Positions 42,262 through 54,900 of a DNA stretch of 64,000 nt are shown piece by piece. Each line of letters opens with the position of its first letter. Within the stretch, counting starts at the first letter, position 1. The notes under the pieces were generated by a model. It made no database searches. It was given only the letters and a program-made list of their open reading frames with translations, and was not told the origin of the DNA. Source of the stretch: Phoronis australis (lineage: Eukaryota > Animalia > Phoronida); assembly GCA_002633005.1 (NCBI GenBank), contig NMRA01000287.1, positions 80,847 through 144,846 on the forward strand. Reading direction: 5' to 3'. The position numbers and the translations under genes are program-made.

Positions 42262-42571
42262 GTAAGTTTCGTAACTAGACCGGAGTATCCATGTCTAGGC
42301 ACGAAACTTACTCCCTGTCTAATTTCGAAATAGTCGTGCCATATTGAAATCCACTAACCCGCCAGACTGCGTTCAGGTCTTTGGATGACATGTATGGAAC
42401 TCAGCCCAGCGTTTCTTGAACTCAGTCCCCAAAACAGGGTTCGACGTCATTTTTATCTCGGAAAATCTAATTCAAAATCTTTGTGTATTGGAGTTACCAT
42501 TTCCAAGCCGTAATTTGATTTTCGTGGGCGCAGGAAGTGGTCACTTGTCATCACTTGAACTTCTTGTTTAG

Positions 42572-42618
42572 TGACTCCTCCGTCATCCTGGGCATTGCTC
42601 TTAATGTCCGTCATCCGG
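42572..42618 (+). CDS. Tentative first coding exon, giving (M)TPPSSWALLLMSVIR, a short hydrophobic leader
   Basis: Acceptor ttcttgtttag| and donor cgg|gtaatg. It starts with TG, completing A|TG, and ends in phase 0, matching exon 42825. Confidence 0.45.
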
Positions 42619-42824
42619 GTAATGCTTGATATAGTTACAACTGCATGTTTAGAATGAATATACACATGTTCAAACGTATGGTTAAGAACGAAAACAACTA
42701 CAAACATATGCTGAATGTTCAGAACTAATAATCACGAAAAGAAAAATGTATATCAAGAAGGAAATTCAGAATCGCACTTTTCTATTTCATGTTGTAAGAG
42801 ATTATACTTCCCTTCTACTTTCAG

Positions 42825-42947
42825 GAGTTCAATCCTGCTGGCCAGGGTCCGCTGGAGATTGTCTTCTCGTTCGATACAACGGGTTCTATGTCCTCTGTCA
42901 TCCGCATTGTCAGAAACAAAGTACAAGAACTCATTGGCCGCTTACAG
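42825..42947 (+). CDS. Exon: VWA1 start, EFNPAGQGPLEIVFSFDTTGSMSSVIRIVRNKVQELIGRLQ
   Basis: Acceptor ctactttcag| (NAGNAG alternative 3 nt later), donor cag|gtatgc. Contains MIDAS-type DTTGS. Confidence 0.9.
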
Positions 42948-45900
42948 GTATGCACGAAATACTTGCCTTACTATTTTTATAACCATTTCATTTTAAAGCA
43001 AATTTCTATAGAATTTAACTTGACCATAGGTCTTTGGCCATGTAAAGGGACTTCGGCTCCCAAAACCCAGTGTCCGGCAAGAGTGTATTTCAGCATCCGG
43101 GCACTCGCTGTGTAACCGCCCGTTTTGCATGAGGTACATGCATGTAGGCTGCGTTACTGCATCACCGGCAGTAGGCTGCATTACTGCATCACCGGCAGTA
43201 GGCTGCATTACTGCATCACCGGCAGCGGCAAATATTTACTCTTTTCTTCTACTTTCTCACTGTTCCAAGATAACGTACTGAAGTACAAGTTTTGACATAT
43301 TTTGACAAGCTCATGAAAACTATTTTTTCATTCCAGGTAGAGTTTAACCATTAAGTTCTTCGGTATCACCGAGTCTGTTATTGTTATTACTTGTTTTAGT
43401 CTGATATTCCGGGGATCCGTATAGCCGTCTTCGCACAAAGCGATTATGGAGAGCGTTACGTGACAAAGTTCATAGACTTCAGTGAAGACGTGGAAGACTT
43501 AAAGACTTTCGTTCGAGACGTTCACAGCACCGGCGGTGGCGATGCACCGGAGGCGTATGAGCGTGTTCTGCGTGACGCACGAACTGAACTCTCTTGGACA
43601 CCGGGCTCTCGGCGAGCTTTAGTTCTGATTGGTGACGAACGACCTCATGGCGTAAATTACAGGAAAAATGTAGAAAAGATTGACTGGAAAGAAGAAACGT
43701 ACAACCTCCGGGATATGGTAAGACAATCATTTCAAGCGCCTCTCGTCGACTGTCTTCTTTTATTAATTTCTTCTCATCTTATATGTAACAAATAGGCCTT
43801 TGAATTTTACGTTGAGGCGTTCGTGAAACGACTTCCAACTTGTCCTCTGGGTGTCTGTGCTGCGAAGCTTTTTACGGGCTTTGGAAGAATTGACTGCTCA
43901 TTTTCTATTTAGACTCAAAATGTTGGCATGACGTGATTATAACGTGGTTATGACGTGGTTAGTTGTGTTGTGCGGTCTAGACAATTTTGTGAATGGAAAT
44001 AGACTGGCTACGAACGGTGGATGACACTACAATCGTGCAGTTGTGACACAGCCCTCAGTACGAACATGAGCGCTATCTCTGGCTTCAGTGCCATGGTATT
44101 ACGGTTTCTGCGATTTCAACTATTTCAGGGCGTAAAGATATACTCCATTCAAGCCCTTCACGTGGGAGCGGCGGAGTTCTTTTACAAGGGGATGGCAAAC
44201 ATCACCAACGGATTCCACCTGCGATTGACCAACTTCGACAACATCTTCACCTTCATCATGGCTATCAGCTATCGGGCTTTTGGACTTGAATATCTACAGG
44301 TATGGTCAACAATTTTCAGACACCGTGACAAAAGCCCTATTAGAACAAAGTGCGTGTGCCGACACTAACACTTCTTCCTTTGAATCTCGTCAAAATGTTT
44401 AGCAGAATATGTCGAGATAAATTAGATAACCGATATCGGGATAGAATGTGTGTTAGTTGAGGAAGTGACTGCGTTTAGAAGCATTGAAAGTCATTTACTT
44501 AGAGTTCATATGATAATGTGACAGAACTTGACTGTAACATTTTTTTAGCATGTTATTTGATTTGCTCAAGAATGGTGTTTTGCACAGGCATACTTTGCGT
44601 TATGAATTCATAGCATGGTTAAGTTTGACGATTTATAGAAATCACCACAGAATTCCTCCCATCTACTTGGCCGTTAAGAAGGTAAATTTGTTTATCTAGC
44701 TTTTCGAGGAGGAAGTCAAGTATAGGCATGAGCAGAGAGGCGTTGAAATGCACTCTGACTTGAAGAAACTGTTCAGAGAACTAAAGCGGTCACAGGAGTT
44801 TTCCGAAAAACGAACTACAATCACGCCAACTCGGGCTTACAGGCCCACAATCCCAGCGACCACGCCCACAACGACAGAATCTTACCAAGAATCAAAGGTA
44901 GACATTAAATGTGTCCACGAAAAACATACCGAAGTTTAACGCACTAAATATGTGAAATTACACTTCGTACAGATACAGGTATTTACTTAGTAAAACTGCC
45001 ATATTCCTTGATGGGGAAATGTTACTATGGAAACAGAATATTGATGAAAAAGTCAAAATCACGTTATTTGCATTGGACGCTTTGTCGTTGTTTTTTCTGT
45101 GCAATAATTGCTGTGTTGAAACATGTGGTCTATGTCCTACTTAAACTTTTTAGCATTGTGTGCATCATTGTTGGGTGAATTTTCTATTGTCTACTATCAA
45201 AAAGTTAAGGAACGTCAAAACTTTTTTCAAATGTCCGTACACTACAATTACATGTTAGTTGTACGATTTGCCATGACGACAGACGAAACTTAAACTATAT
45301 GAACCGGAGTACCCCATCGTGACTAGAAAAAGTGAATCACTCCCCGGAATATAACACAATTCCCAAACTCATTACGTCATTTATACACGTTTAGCGTAGT
45401 ACGTCTATCGACACATAACCAAACATTTCTTGAACGATTGCGTCATTCACGCCTTTGTACATGCGACAGATGAGTGTCGTGAAGCAATATCTGTCCAGCT
45501 GTCGAGGTTCCTTTAGGGTTCCTATAAATGTCACTGTTAAAATGAAATGATTGTACATGTTGATAGAATGGGAGCTATGGATACTGATCTTGAAAAGTCT
45601 GGAAAGAGCACGCAAGAAACTGATACAAAGCTTTTATCTTTATATATACAATTGAAATCACAAATTACTCTGAAAACCACGTTACCCGGTTACTAGGAAC
45701 GAGGCATTGACTTAAAATGTACCATTCCATTGTTATAATGTTTTATTTGTAATTTATTTCAGATCAAAGTTCAGGCTCTGCGGATTCGCTCAGACATTGC
45801 TTTTAGATTCGCCTCCACAACGGTCGAAAGCATACTTGAGAACGCGCAACCTGACGCACAAGAAGTTACTTTCAAAGTGAGGCTGCCTGATCCCGCCTTC

Positions 45901-48900
45901 ATTTCAAACTTTTCCATGTAAGCTTTCATAAAGTGATGATAGTTCACCCTGTGTGAGTAATTTGGGACACTGCTTGGAGAGATAACTACAGTAAAACAAT
46001 GGAAGCGTTCGTGTCAACGTCAAATGAATTTATCTGGGACATTGCCAGGGAGAAAAGTAAATTTCAAAGATGAGGCTCAGTGCGATCGACCTTTGAACTC
46101 CTTCGGTGGTAGTGTAACGCTCTGCTGGTGGAACTAAACCACACTTCACTAATGGCAGAATTTTATTATTTTAAAGGCATTCAACTGGTAAAATCCTGGG
46201 CATTAATTTCATCAAATTTCTGACAGAAAACGGGAGATTTGACAGTTGGTAAAATCAAAGACAATGTCTTCAAAAAGTCTATCCTATCTAAGTGTAACAA
46301 ACCCCAAAATGAGTCCTTGGATAAAATAGGCGATGTTCCATTACATTAGTATCTTCTAACGAGTTTAGTTGACTTGAAAGGTAAAACATAGATCGAGTTC
46401 TTAGTTTCCATGGTTAATGATTCTACAATACACGTACCACTTCTCAGGCCAATCAACTGACCGAAACTTTTCAAATTCTTAGTGCATATTATAAGGGCAC
46501 AAAAATGAAGTACGGGGCGTCCGTACCCAGTGACCGTGTGTTTGTAAGAACAATCGTCATATCAGGATGGTTCTCACGAAAATCGGGTTTTGTACGAAGT
46601 TTACGGATTCTGTTTCCGAATTCTGTTTTCTAAAAAACGGCGTCTTGGTTTTGCAGTCCATTTCTATTTGGGTAGTTTTCAGTTGGCACTGACCGCAATT
46701 TTCAAAAACGAAGTCTTTCTAACTTATCGCTGAAGGACCTCATACTGTCATTCCTTGGTACCTAGTCCCAAACGCTATGCAATGAACAAGATTCGTGAGA
46801 AAATTCTTGTCTGGGGAAAATACAAGGACGTCCCAGAAAAATTCGAGACAATGTGACTGTAAATGATCAGCATCAATTCCTTACACGTGATACGAAGAGG
46901 CTATTCAAGCAGGTGTCATCCTTGGTTAAAGAAATTGCTACTGCTTCATTTTAGTTAAAAATTTCACAAAACGGAATTTAACGCAAGTTTGTTCACTCGA
47001 TACTGGTCCAACTGATGCTCATTCATCCCAAATCCAAGTATTTTCAAAGTTAACTGAATTTAATGTGTTTTTTAGTTCAATTTTTATTTTTGGTGGCGGA
47101 TCACCTCCTAAAATGCCCTCTGCAGTGAGTGACAGCTGACTCGTGCATTACAGCCTCTCACTCAGCTGTCTCGATAATGTAATAAGGTTTTAGCGGAAGC
47201 GCCGCCCACCAAAACATTTAACACTGGAGTAAAGAGGCAACCACGAACAGAAATAACCACATGTTTACTTTTTAGTGATACCTTTCAAGTGATGGAACTC
47301 GTCCTGTTTTCTAAATGGGTGTAAACTGAAGGAAAGAGAATGTTTAAGAAATTGGTATGTTACTTTTTCTATACTTTTAAAATGGTAGAAAATGGATCAC
47401 AATCCAGGAGGGAGTGAAATATGAAAAAAATACAATGTTCTCCGCCTGCTTTGCTTTCATATGATTTGATTCGCCCAGGACTATCGATGGGAAGACGTAT
47501 CATGCAGAGGTAAAAGAGAAGGAAAAGGCAAAACGAGAATACAACAAGGCCAAGGCAGAAGGAAAAACAACGGGCCACGTGGAACAAACGTGAGTGGCGC
47601 GCAACGAAATTGTTTGAAATCTAATTTCGCATTTAGTGGAACAAAAGTTGATGTTCACCATTTTAAATTTTAAAAAGCGATAATGAATTCTTGTTTGGGA
47701 AGTGGTTCAGTGCCACTTACGCAGTTGTAGCTAAGCTTATCGGAGATCACGTGCCCTGCTTTCAGTGCATGACCACATACCACAGAGCCGCGTGATTTCG
47801 CCAAACTCGCAAGACTTATGGAACGTGCCGGACAAATTGTTTAGTGACAACATAGACTATAGTCTATAATCTATGGTGGCAACACCTTATCAGGTCTTAA
47901 ATAAGTATTATTTAATGAATGAATGAATGAATCTTCATTTAACGAATTAATTAAATAGGTCAGTGTCATAGTCGTGGTAAATTACGTTGATTTAAAATAC
48001 AGGTTTGGAAGAAAGAGATTTTTATTCTCCGTGCAGGTGAAAACCGGCATTAGTACTAGTCGATAGAGATATTAAATTTTCAAACTTGTCAGACTCAATA
48101 TTCCATCGGTTTGATACCTTTTCATCGTGTGTTGCCCGAACTAATGTTCGGTGCGTGATATTTTAGGGAAAGAAAGGTGAACAGTTTCAAAGTGTCAGTG
48201 AACGTGGGAGGCAACGAGACCATTCAGTTTAACTTGATGTACCAAGAGTTATTAGAGCGGAGACTGGGAATGTATGAGCACCGGATATTCGTCGATCCAG
48301 GTCAGATTGTTCCCGAATTTACGATCGACGTCTACATACAAGAGTCACGTGACCTAGCCTACCTTCGTGTGCCACCAATCCAGAGCGTGAACACCAACGT
48401 GATCACAATTATTCAAGGTAAGCCTAGTCTACATGCTCATTAGGTTGTAACTGAAATTTGTCCGGTAATTGTCAAACTACTGTAGACGCGACAGGTTAGG
48501 CCGGTTCGCTGTTGAACCACTAATTTAAAAAGTTTTCTTAAGAACTTTTTAATCTTTATATGAACTTATAAGCAGAGTGAATGACGGGACCATTTCCGCT
48601 AATTTTAAGTTACGTAATTCTTCATTAACACAGGAAGTAGATCCGGTATAGTCGAGTGTAGTTATAATTTACTTCAGATACGTGGAAGTCAACCATTACT
48701 GAACTAATGACAATTTGCATGTTGGTGTGAATACTTGGTTACAAAATTTTCTATATTTCTGAAGAAAATCCACTAGCAACCGTCGACAGAACATCACCAA
48801 ACTCCGCCCACATCCGTTTCCACCCGACCACGGAGGACCAGGAGAGGGCTTCCGCCACTGGAATGCAGGGGCAGTTTGTTGTTCAGTATGATGTAGAAAG

Positions 48901-51900
48901 ACAGCCGGGAATTGGTGAAATACAAGTAAGCGTGATGATAATGTCTCCCTTGCTATTCAAAATATATTCAGTCAAAGTTAAGAGTACAATTTCAACAATT
49001 CAACAGAAATACCAGACCATAATCAATTAATTTTGTTGAAATTAAGTTACCTAACAGTTTCAGCAGAAGGAATGCGGCAAACAACAATATCAAGATGATC
49101 CACTGACGTACATGTATAAAATAAATGTCCAAACCAAAACATGTGCACTGAGGTCCACACATGGAATTTCATGTGTCCATCCTTCATCATCATTTCGCGT
49201 AGCCATATTACCATAGGCCTATAGGTGGAGCTGTGACAGAAGGTAGCATTATATGCACCTTCAAATGCCTCTAAAATTCGCACGTTTAACTTATTTTATT
49301 GAACTTTCTGCGAAAGAGTGCGACTGTTTTGTTTGCAATATTTTTACCAAATCTTTGACTTACGAATGACCTGTTCGCAAAACAACTGACAACTACATGT
49401 AGGTCATCGTAGGTCAGTTGTGTACCAGGATACGGCATTACTCTTCAGGAAATGGGTTCGTTGTGATCGCGATGTTGTGATATGCGAGCATTGAGGTTTT
49501 ACGACAACGTGTGCCAAAACAACTTATGGATGTAGTTTGTTCTTGCGGTTATACATGTAGCAACCAGAAGTCACAGAGGCATTTCTCAATAGGGGGAGGT
49601 CAATACTGATGAATTTCTCAATATCAACCATCCGAATACTTGAACGTGATTTTCCAATCAATCAGAATATTTGAATGTTATGTTCCAACCAATCGGAACG
49701 TCCGAATATGATTTTGTTTTTTTCAATCATTGAGAAGCCTTTTTACTTGATCAAGCCGCAGTGGTGACGAAAGAGTGCACATATCACGCTCGACATTTTT
49801 TAACAAGTTCGTTTTCTGCCCTCCCTCTATATTCAGATTGCCTCAATAAACTGAAAACTGAACCCAACGCTTTACAGCCGCGTTGATTGTGACTCTGGGA
49901 TTTTTTGCGTATTTAAAACTATGGTATTTCAGGTGGTTGACGGATACTTTGTCCATTATTTCGCCCCGCCCGATCTAACACCTACCGACAAGAATGTCGT
50001 GTTCGTCCTGGACACCAGCGGCTCCATGCATGGTGACAAACTTCAACAGCTGAAAGACGCCATGTTGACTATTCTGAACGATCTCCGACCAAACGACTAC
50101 TTCAATATCATTAGCTTCTCTAGCTTCCTAAGGTACTGGAACAAAGTGGACATGGTGCAGGCAAATACAGAGAACGTTGAAGAAGCCAAACAGTTCGTCA
50201 GAAGGTTCTTAGCCGTTGGAGGTGAGAAATAGCAGATTGACTGGGTAACTTCCACACGATACACTTACTTCAATGAATGAGAGGTTTTTGGAAGAGACTA
50301 TTAGTAAAGAATTGTTTTACGTACTTGTCAGTGAATCGGTTTGATCTTCGTTTTGCCGTTTTAGAAACTTTGACAAAAAGTTCTGTGCTCTGCATTTCCT
50401 CTATTTTTGTCATGTTTTCGTATCAGTTGTTGCGTAATTCAGTAATACATTATTTTCAAAGGCACTAACATAAACGATGCAGCAATACGTGGCATGAACT
50501 TCTTGGAAAAACACTTGAATGCAACCAACTCCAGAACACCTTCAATGCTCTTCTTTCTGACCGACGGAACCCCAACAGATGGCGAAACTGACAAAGAGAA
50601 AATACTACAAAACATCCGCAGCAAAAACAACGACACATTTTCAGTATTCACTTTGGGATTTGGTACGGGTGTCGATTTCAATCTGCTCCGGCAAATTGCT
50701 CTTCAGAATAAGGGATTCGCTAGAAAGATCTTTGCCGACGCAGACGCTGCACTTCAACTCCAGGGCTTTTACAATGAAGTCAAGTCGCCTTTACTGAATA
50801 ATATTAAGTTCAAGTAAGTAAACTATGTATTACGTAATTTCTAACATTGAGACTTATTTTTAAATATAAATGAACATCGCATACACAAGTCTGATTCGAT
50901 TTCCGTGTTCACCAAGTGGTCCCTGTGACCTACATAGAGCGTCTAAACCGAGTGCAATCATTTTACACTGGCATTTGCTAGGTCACGTGACCATCAATGA
51001 CTCTAAAGTATTTAATCTATGTATGAAAAGTTTATTGTTTTGTAAACAGTTACCTTGGTGCCGAGATAAATGATACTACGGAGACAATCGTTAGCAACTA
51101 CTTCAACGGCTCGGAAATCATTATCTGCGGTTTTGTAGCGACACCAGAATTAAGAGGAAAGTTGGTGGCGCAAGTGGAAGGTAAGTGGTCAGTGTGTGGC
51201 TGGTATTCCCATTGTTAAGCTATGACGTCAGTTTTAGAGAGAAGTTCATTTTTCTCTGTGACTGCCAATGTTATAGCAGTCTGTGCCGCCAGCTAAATGC
51301 ATTTCCACCTATTTGATTGGTGAAAACTACATGTTTCACCAATTTCACTAAATGAGGCAAATCACGTTCTGCATCTGGAGACATTTGACCAGCGCCTGAG
51401 AGATTCTGTACTCCCACTGATTGTCTTCTTCATGACAGACGACCAACTGACAGTGTACTATTGCAAATGCAGACCATTTCCTGTGGTCTACATACATGCA
51501 CTTTAGCTACGAAGTTAATTCGAATGAAAGTATGCTCTCACGGATTACTGTACGATTTCTTAAACAATCTAACGTGTCAACGAGGGCAAGTTTCCGTGGG
51601 TTAAAGGTGCTATGTCTCAATAAAACGGTGAATATTTAAATTGGTAGCGAGCGCCAACTACACTTTGTAGAAGTATAATCAGGAAAAGAAACAATTTGTA
51701 GATAAATTGTGGTTTTACAGAAAACGCCACAACTGATACAAATAAAAACAAACGTAAATATATACACAAAACGTACCGGGAGTGGCGTAGATGAAGTAAA
51801 ATGCCGGGAGACATTATTCCGCGTATCGGTCTCGAACGATACGCGGAATAATGTCGAGTGGGAAATTACTTGATCTACGCCAATCGAGGTACGCTTTGTA

Positions 51901-54900
51901 TTTACCCCATACGCTTCGAATTCCTAAGTTCCTTTCATTTTTCGGCAGATTTTTTTAATACTTCACCCAGACTGTTCACGTGGCATATCACATACATGTA
52001 TGTATGCTTTTGCGCGTTAGGTTACAAGTTTTCTGTAGTAAGAGAAACAGTTCTAAATGTAAAGATTTATTACTTGAAAAGAGATACCAAAGATGAAAAC
52101 AAGGGTAACTTTTCATTGAACTTGTAAAACTTCCTGAAAGTACTTTCGTAATAACAATTTTTGATATTGTAGTTACCGAGGAATCGGCGTCTGAGTTGCA
52201 GACGGTATAACATTTAGCAATTGAAAACTGAGACAGAAATGTCATATAATTAACAGTCTTTTACAAGATGTTACGTTTGGGATCTGATTTTATGTTGAGT
52301 GTTACTTATACTGACGCAATTATATTACTTTAAACTATTTTCGGAAAGTTTGATGATCGAACCGGCGAACGACGTCGAGTCGACATTGACCTGCCTTTTG
52401 AACTTTCCATGTCAGAGGGCACTGTTGAAGTAGTACAGGAGATGAATACGGAAAACAATATCACATGGCCGTATTGCACTCGACCGATTCAACGCGTATG
52501 GGATAAATAAAAAACCTTTATTTCCAAATATTAAGCACTCGTTATTTGGTAGTGAAATAAACACATAATAAAAACCGTGCCTTGTTACATTAGGGTAACG
52601 ACAATGCTGTGGGAGTTTCCCAGTGATTCCCATGTCGTCCTAAGAAACGTGAACGAGAAGTGGGTGCAAATATCTAGAATTTGCATTACCAGAGACGCAA
52701 ACTGGCACAAAGTTGAATATTGTCCAAGGTTAAATTGAAATTACATGCCTTCTTTATTCTTTTGGCCGGCAACGGGTCTTCGGCTGCCATGGAATATAAC
52801 TAATTTACATAAAAATTGCCTCGCAAAACGAGACGTTCGCGAGATTGTACTGACAATCGGTTCTCGGATGGTTTCCGGCACACTGGAGGACCCGGGGTTG
52901 TTTGTAAATTAGTACTTCATTTGCATATTCACAATTTAAGGAGACTAATTGTATACTACCTGTAAGGCATTTCTCCATATTCTTCAATTTTGTGAACCAT
53001 CTTTATGATGAAGAGGAAACTTAGTGCAAAACATAAACACCATCTTAAAGCACAGGTCTTCTGTCTTCAACTTCTGTAAAATGGGAAATGTGTGGGTTTT
53101 TAAGCTTTCCATGTTTCAATTTTTCATTGTCTATAACTAATACAGCTGCGGCATTGGTATTTTGCTACGCTGCAAAAAATTTTGGTGTCACTATGTACAA
53201 CGAACATTTCGTCATAACACCAACGTAAACAGGACAGAAATTGAGAATTCAAATAATTTCGTTAGATACGATCGATACCTCTGAAACTGTAAACACACTT
53301 TCTTGTGAATTTTACCCTTATGAAGAGTCCCTCATTATTTTAGTTACAAGCTCAGTAAAACTGCCTTTGCAACTTTTCAGCTGAGTCAAGCGCTGGAAAT
53401 CTGATCTTTGAGGGCGAGACGAACTTGATACCAGAGGTAATTGAAGAACCGACCTCATCCCCGCCATCTACCGAGACGGTTGGAAAATTTACAGAGCGAT
53501 TGTGGGCATATTTAACCATTAAGAAGTTACTGGACCAAGAGCTGAAATCACAAGATGACGACGAGAAGGCCGCATTGAAAGAACGTGCCCTTGAGTTGTC
53601 ACTGAAAGTAAGTGACATTATAATGCGTTCACGGAAACATCCGGGTCTTTTTTGAGAAAAGCTATGAGAGAAAAGTTTTTTTTCAGTTAGTTTTGGTGAA
53701 ACAGGGGGGTGGCATTGCCCAGTGGTTGGAGGGGTGGCCCCCACTGGTTGGAGGGGTGGCCCCCAGTGCTTGGAGGGGTTACCTCCAGTCGTTGGAGGGG
53801 TGGCCCCCACTGGTTGGAGGGGTGGCCCCCATTGGTTGGGGGGGTGGCCCCCAGTGCTTGGAGGGTTTACCTCCAGTCGTTGGAGGGGTGGCCCCCACTG
53901 GTTGGAGGGGTGGCCCCCAGTGCTTGGAGGGGTTACCTCCAGTCGTTGGAGGGGTGGCCCCCACTGGTTGGAGGGGTGGCCCCCATTGGTTGGAGGAGTG
54001 GCGACAAGAATGATATTCCACAGTTCACCATTAGCTTAACTTTCCTGAAGGTGGTATCAACCGTGCTCTGATGATAAACACATCAACTTTGTACGCAGAA
54101 CTACGCATGCGTATTAACTGTTCCAATGAAACATGCTAGTTTGTGGTAGTCTAGTCTCCTTGACTACCAAATCGCACAAAGTTCAGATTTTAAGAGAATT
54201 ACGATGCCTGTGTGAACTTTTCAGTACCATTTCGTCACTCCGTTGACCTCTCTGCTTGTGATAAAGCCTGATGATGAACAAACCGATACTAGCGAAACGG
54301 TTGTAACGACGCCATCGCCTGTAGTACCGCCAGCGGGAAGAGACTCAAGCATCTTTGGAGGCGCAGCCGTAGACCGTGCCGATGCATCAGGTAGCAGTTC
54401 AGATACCAGAAGGTGTTGATGCAATATTTTATCGAACTTTGTAATTACGCTGCTAAGCAGCTTTATCGAAGCTTATTTCGCTTATTGATACAATCCCATT
54501 GCAACCTATAGAATGTTTCACGTTGGTTGCATTTGTCAACTGCCCTACAACCAAAACGTGCTGCCTCCTGGTGACAAATCCTAAGAATAGTACCATAGTT
54601 TACACATCATGTGTTGTACAACACTGTATTGACTTATTAATATTATTTTAACTGGTTGCAAAACAAACAGCCTAAGTTTTATTGAAACCATATTCTGCTG
54701 ACTAGCTTCGACGTTGAACATTATACAGTTAATAATGTGTGGACCGATTCCAGGTCAATATAAGGCAAATCGACGGAGGGAGAGCCAGGGGCGCATCCAT
54801 GATTTTGAGTTAAGAGGGGGAGGGGGGTGGTTAAGGCAGAGTATTAGCCAGGAAGCCAGGATTTTGCCCGTCATATATTCGCATCCCCGAGCTGCCAAAT

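Noticed and set aside
53352-54071. Overlapping Gly/Pro/Trp repeat ORFs
   Set aside because: Products of the 22-bp intronic minisatellite; the same peptide appears in all frames.
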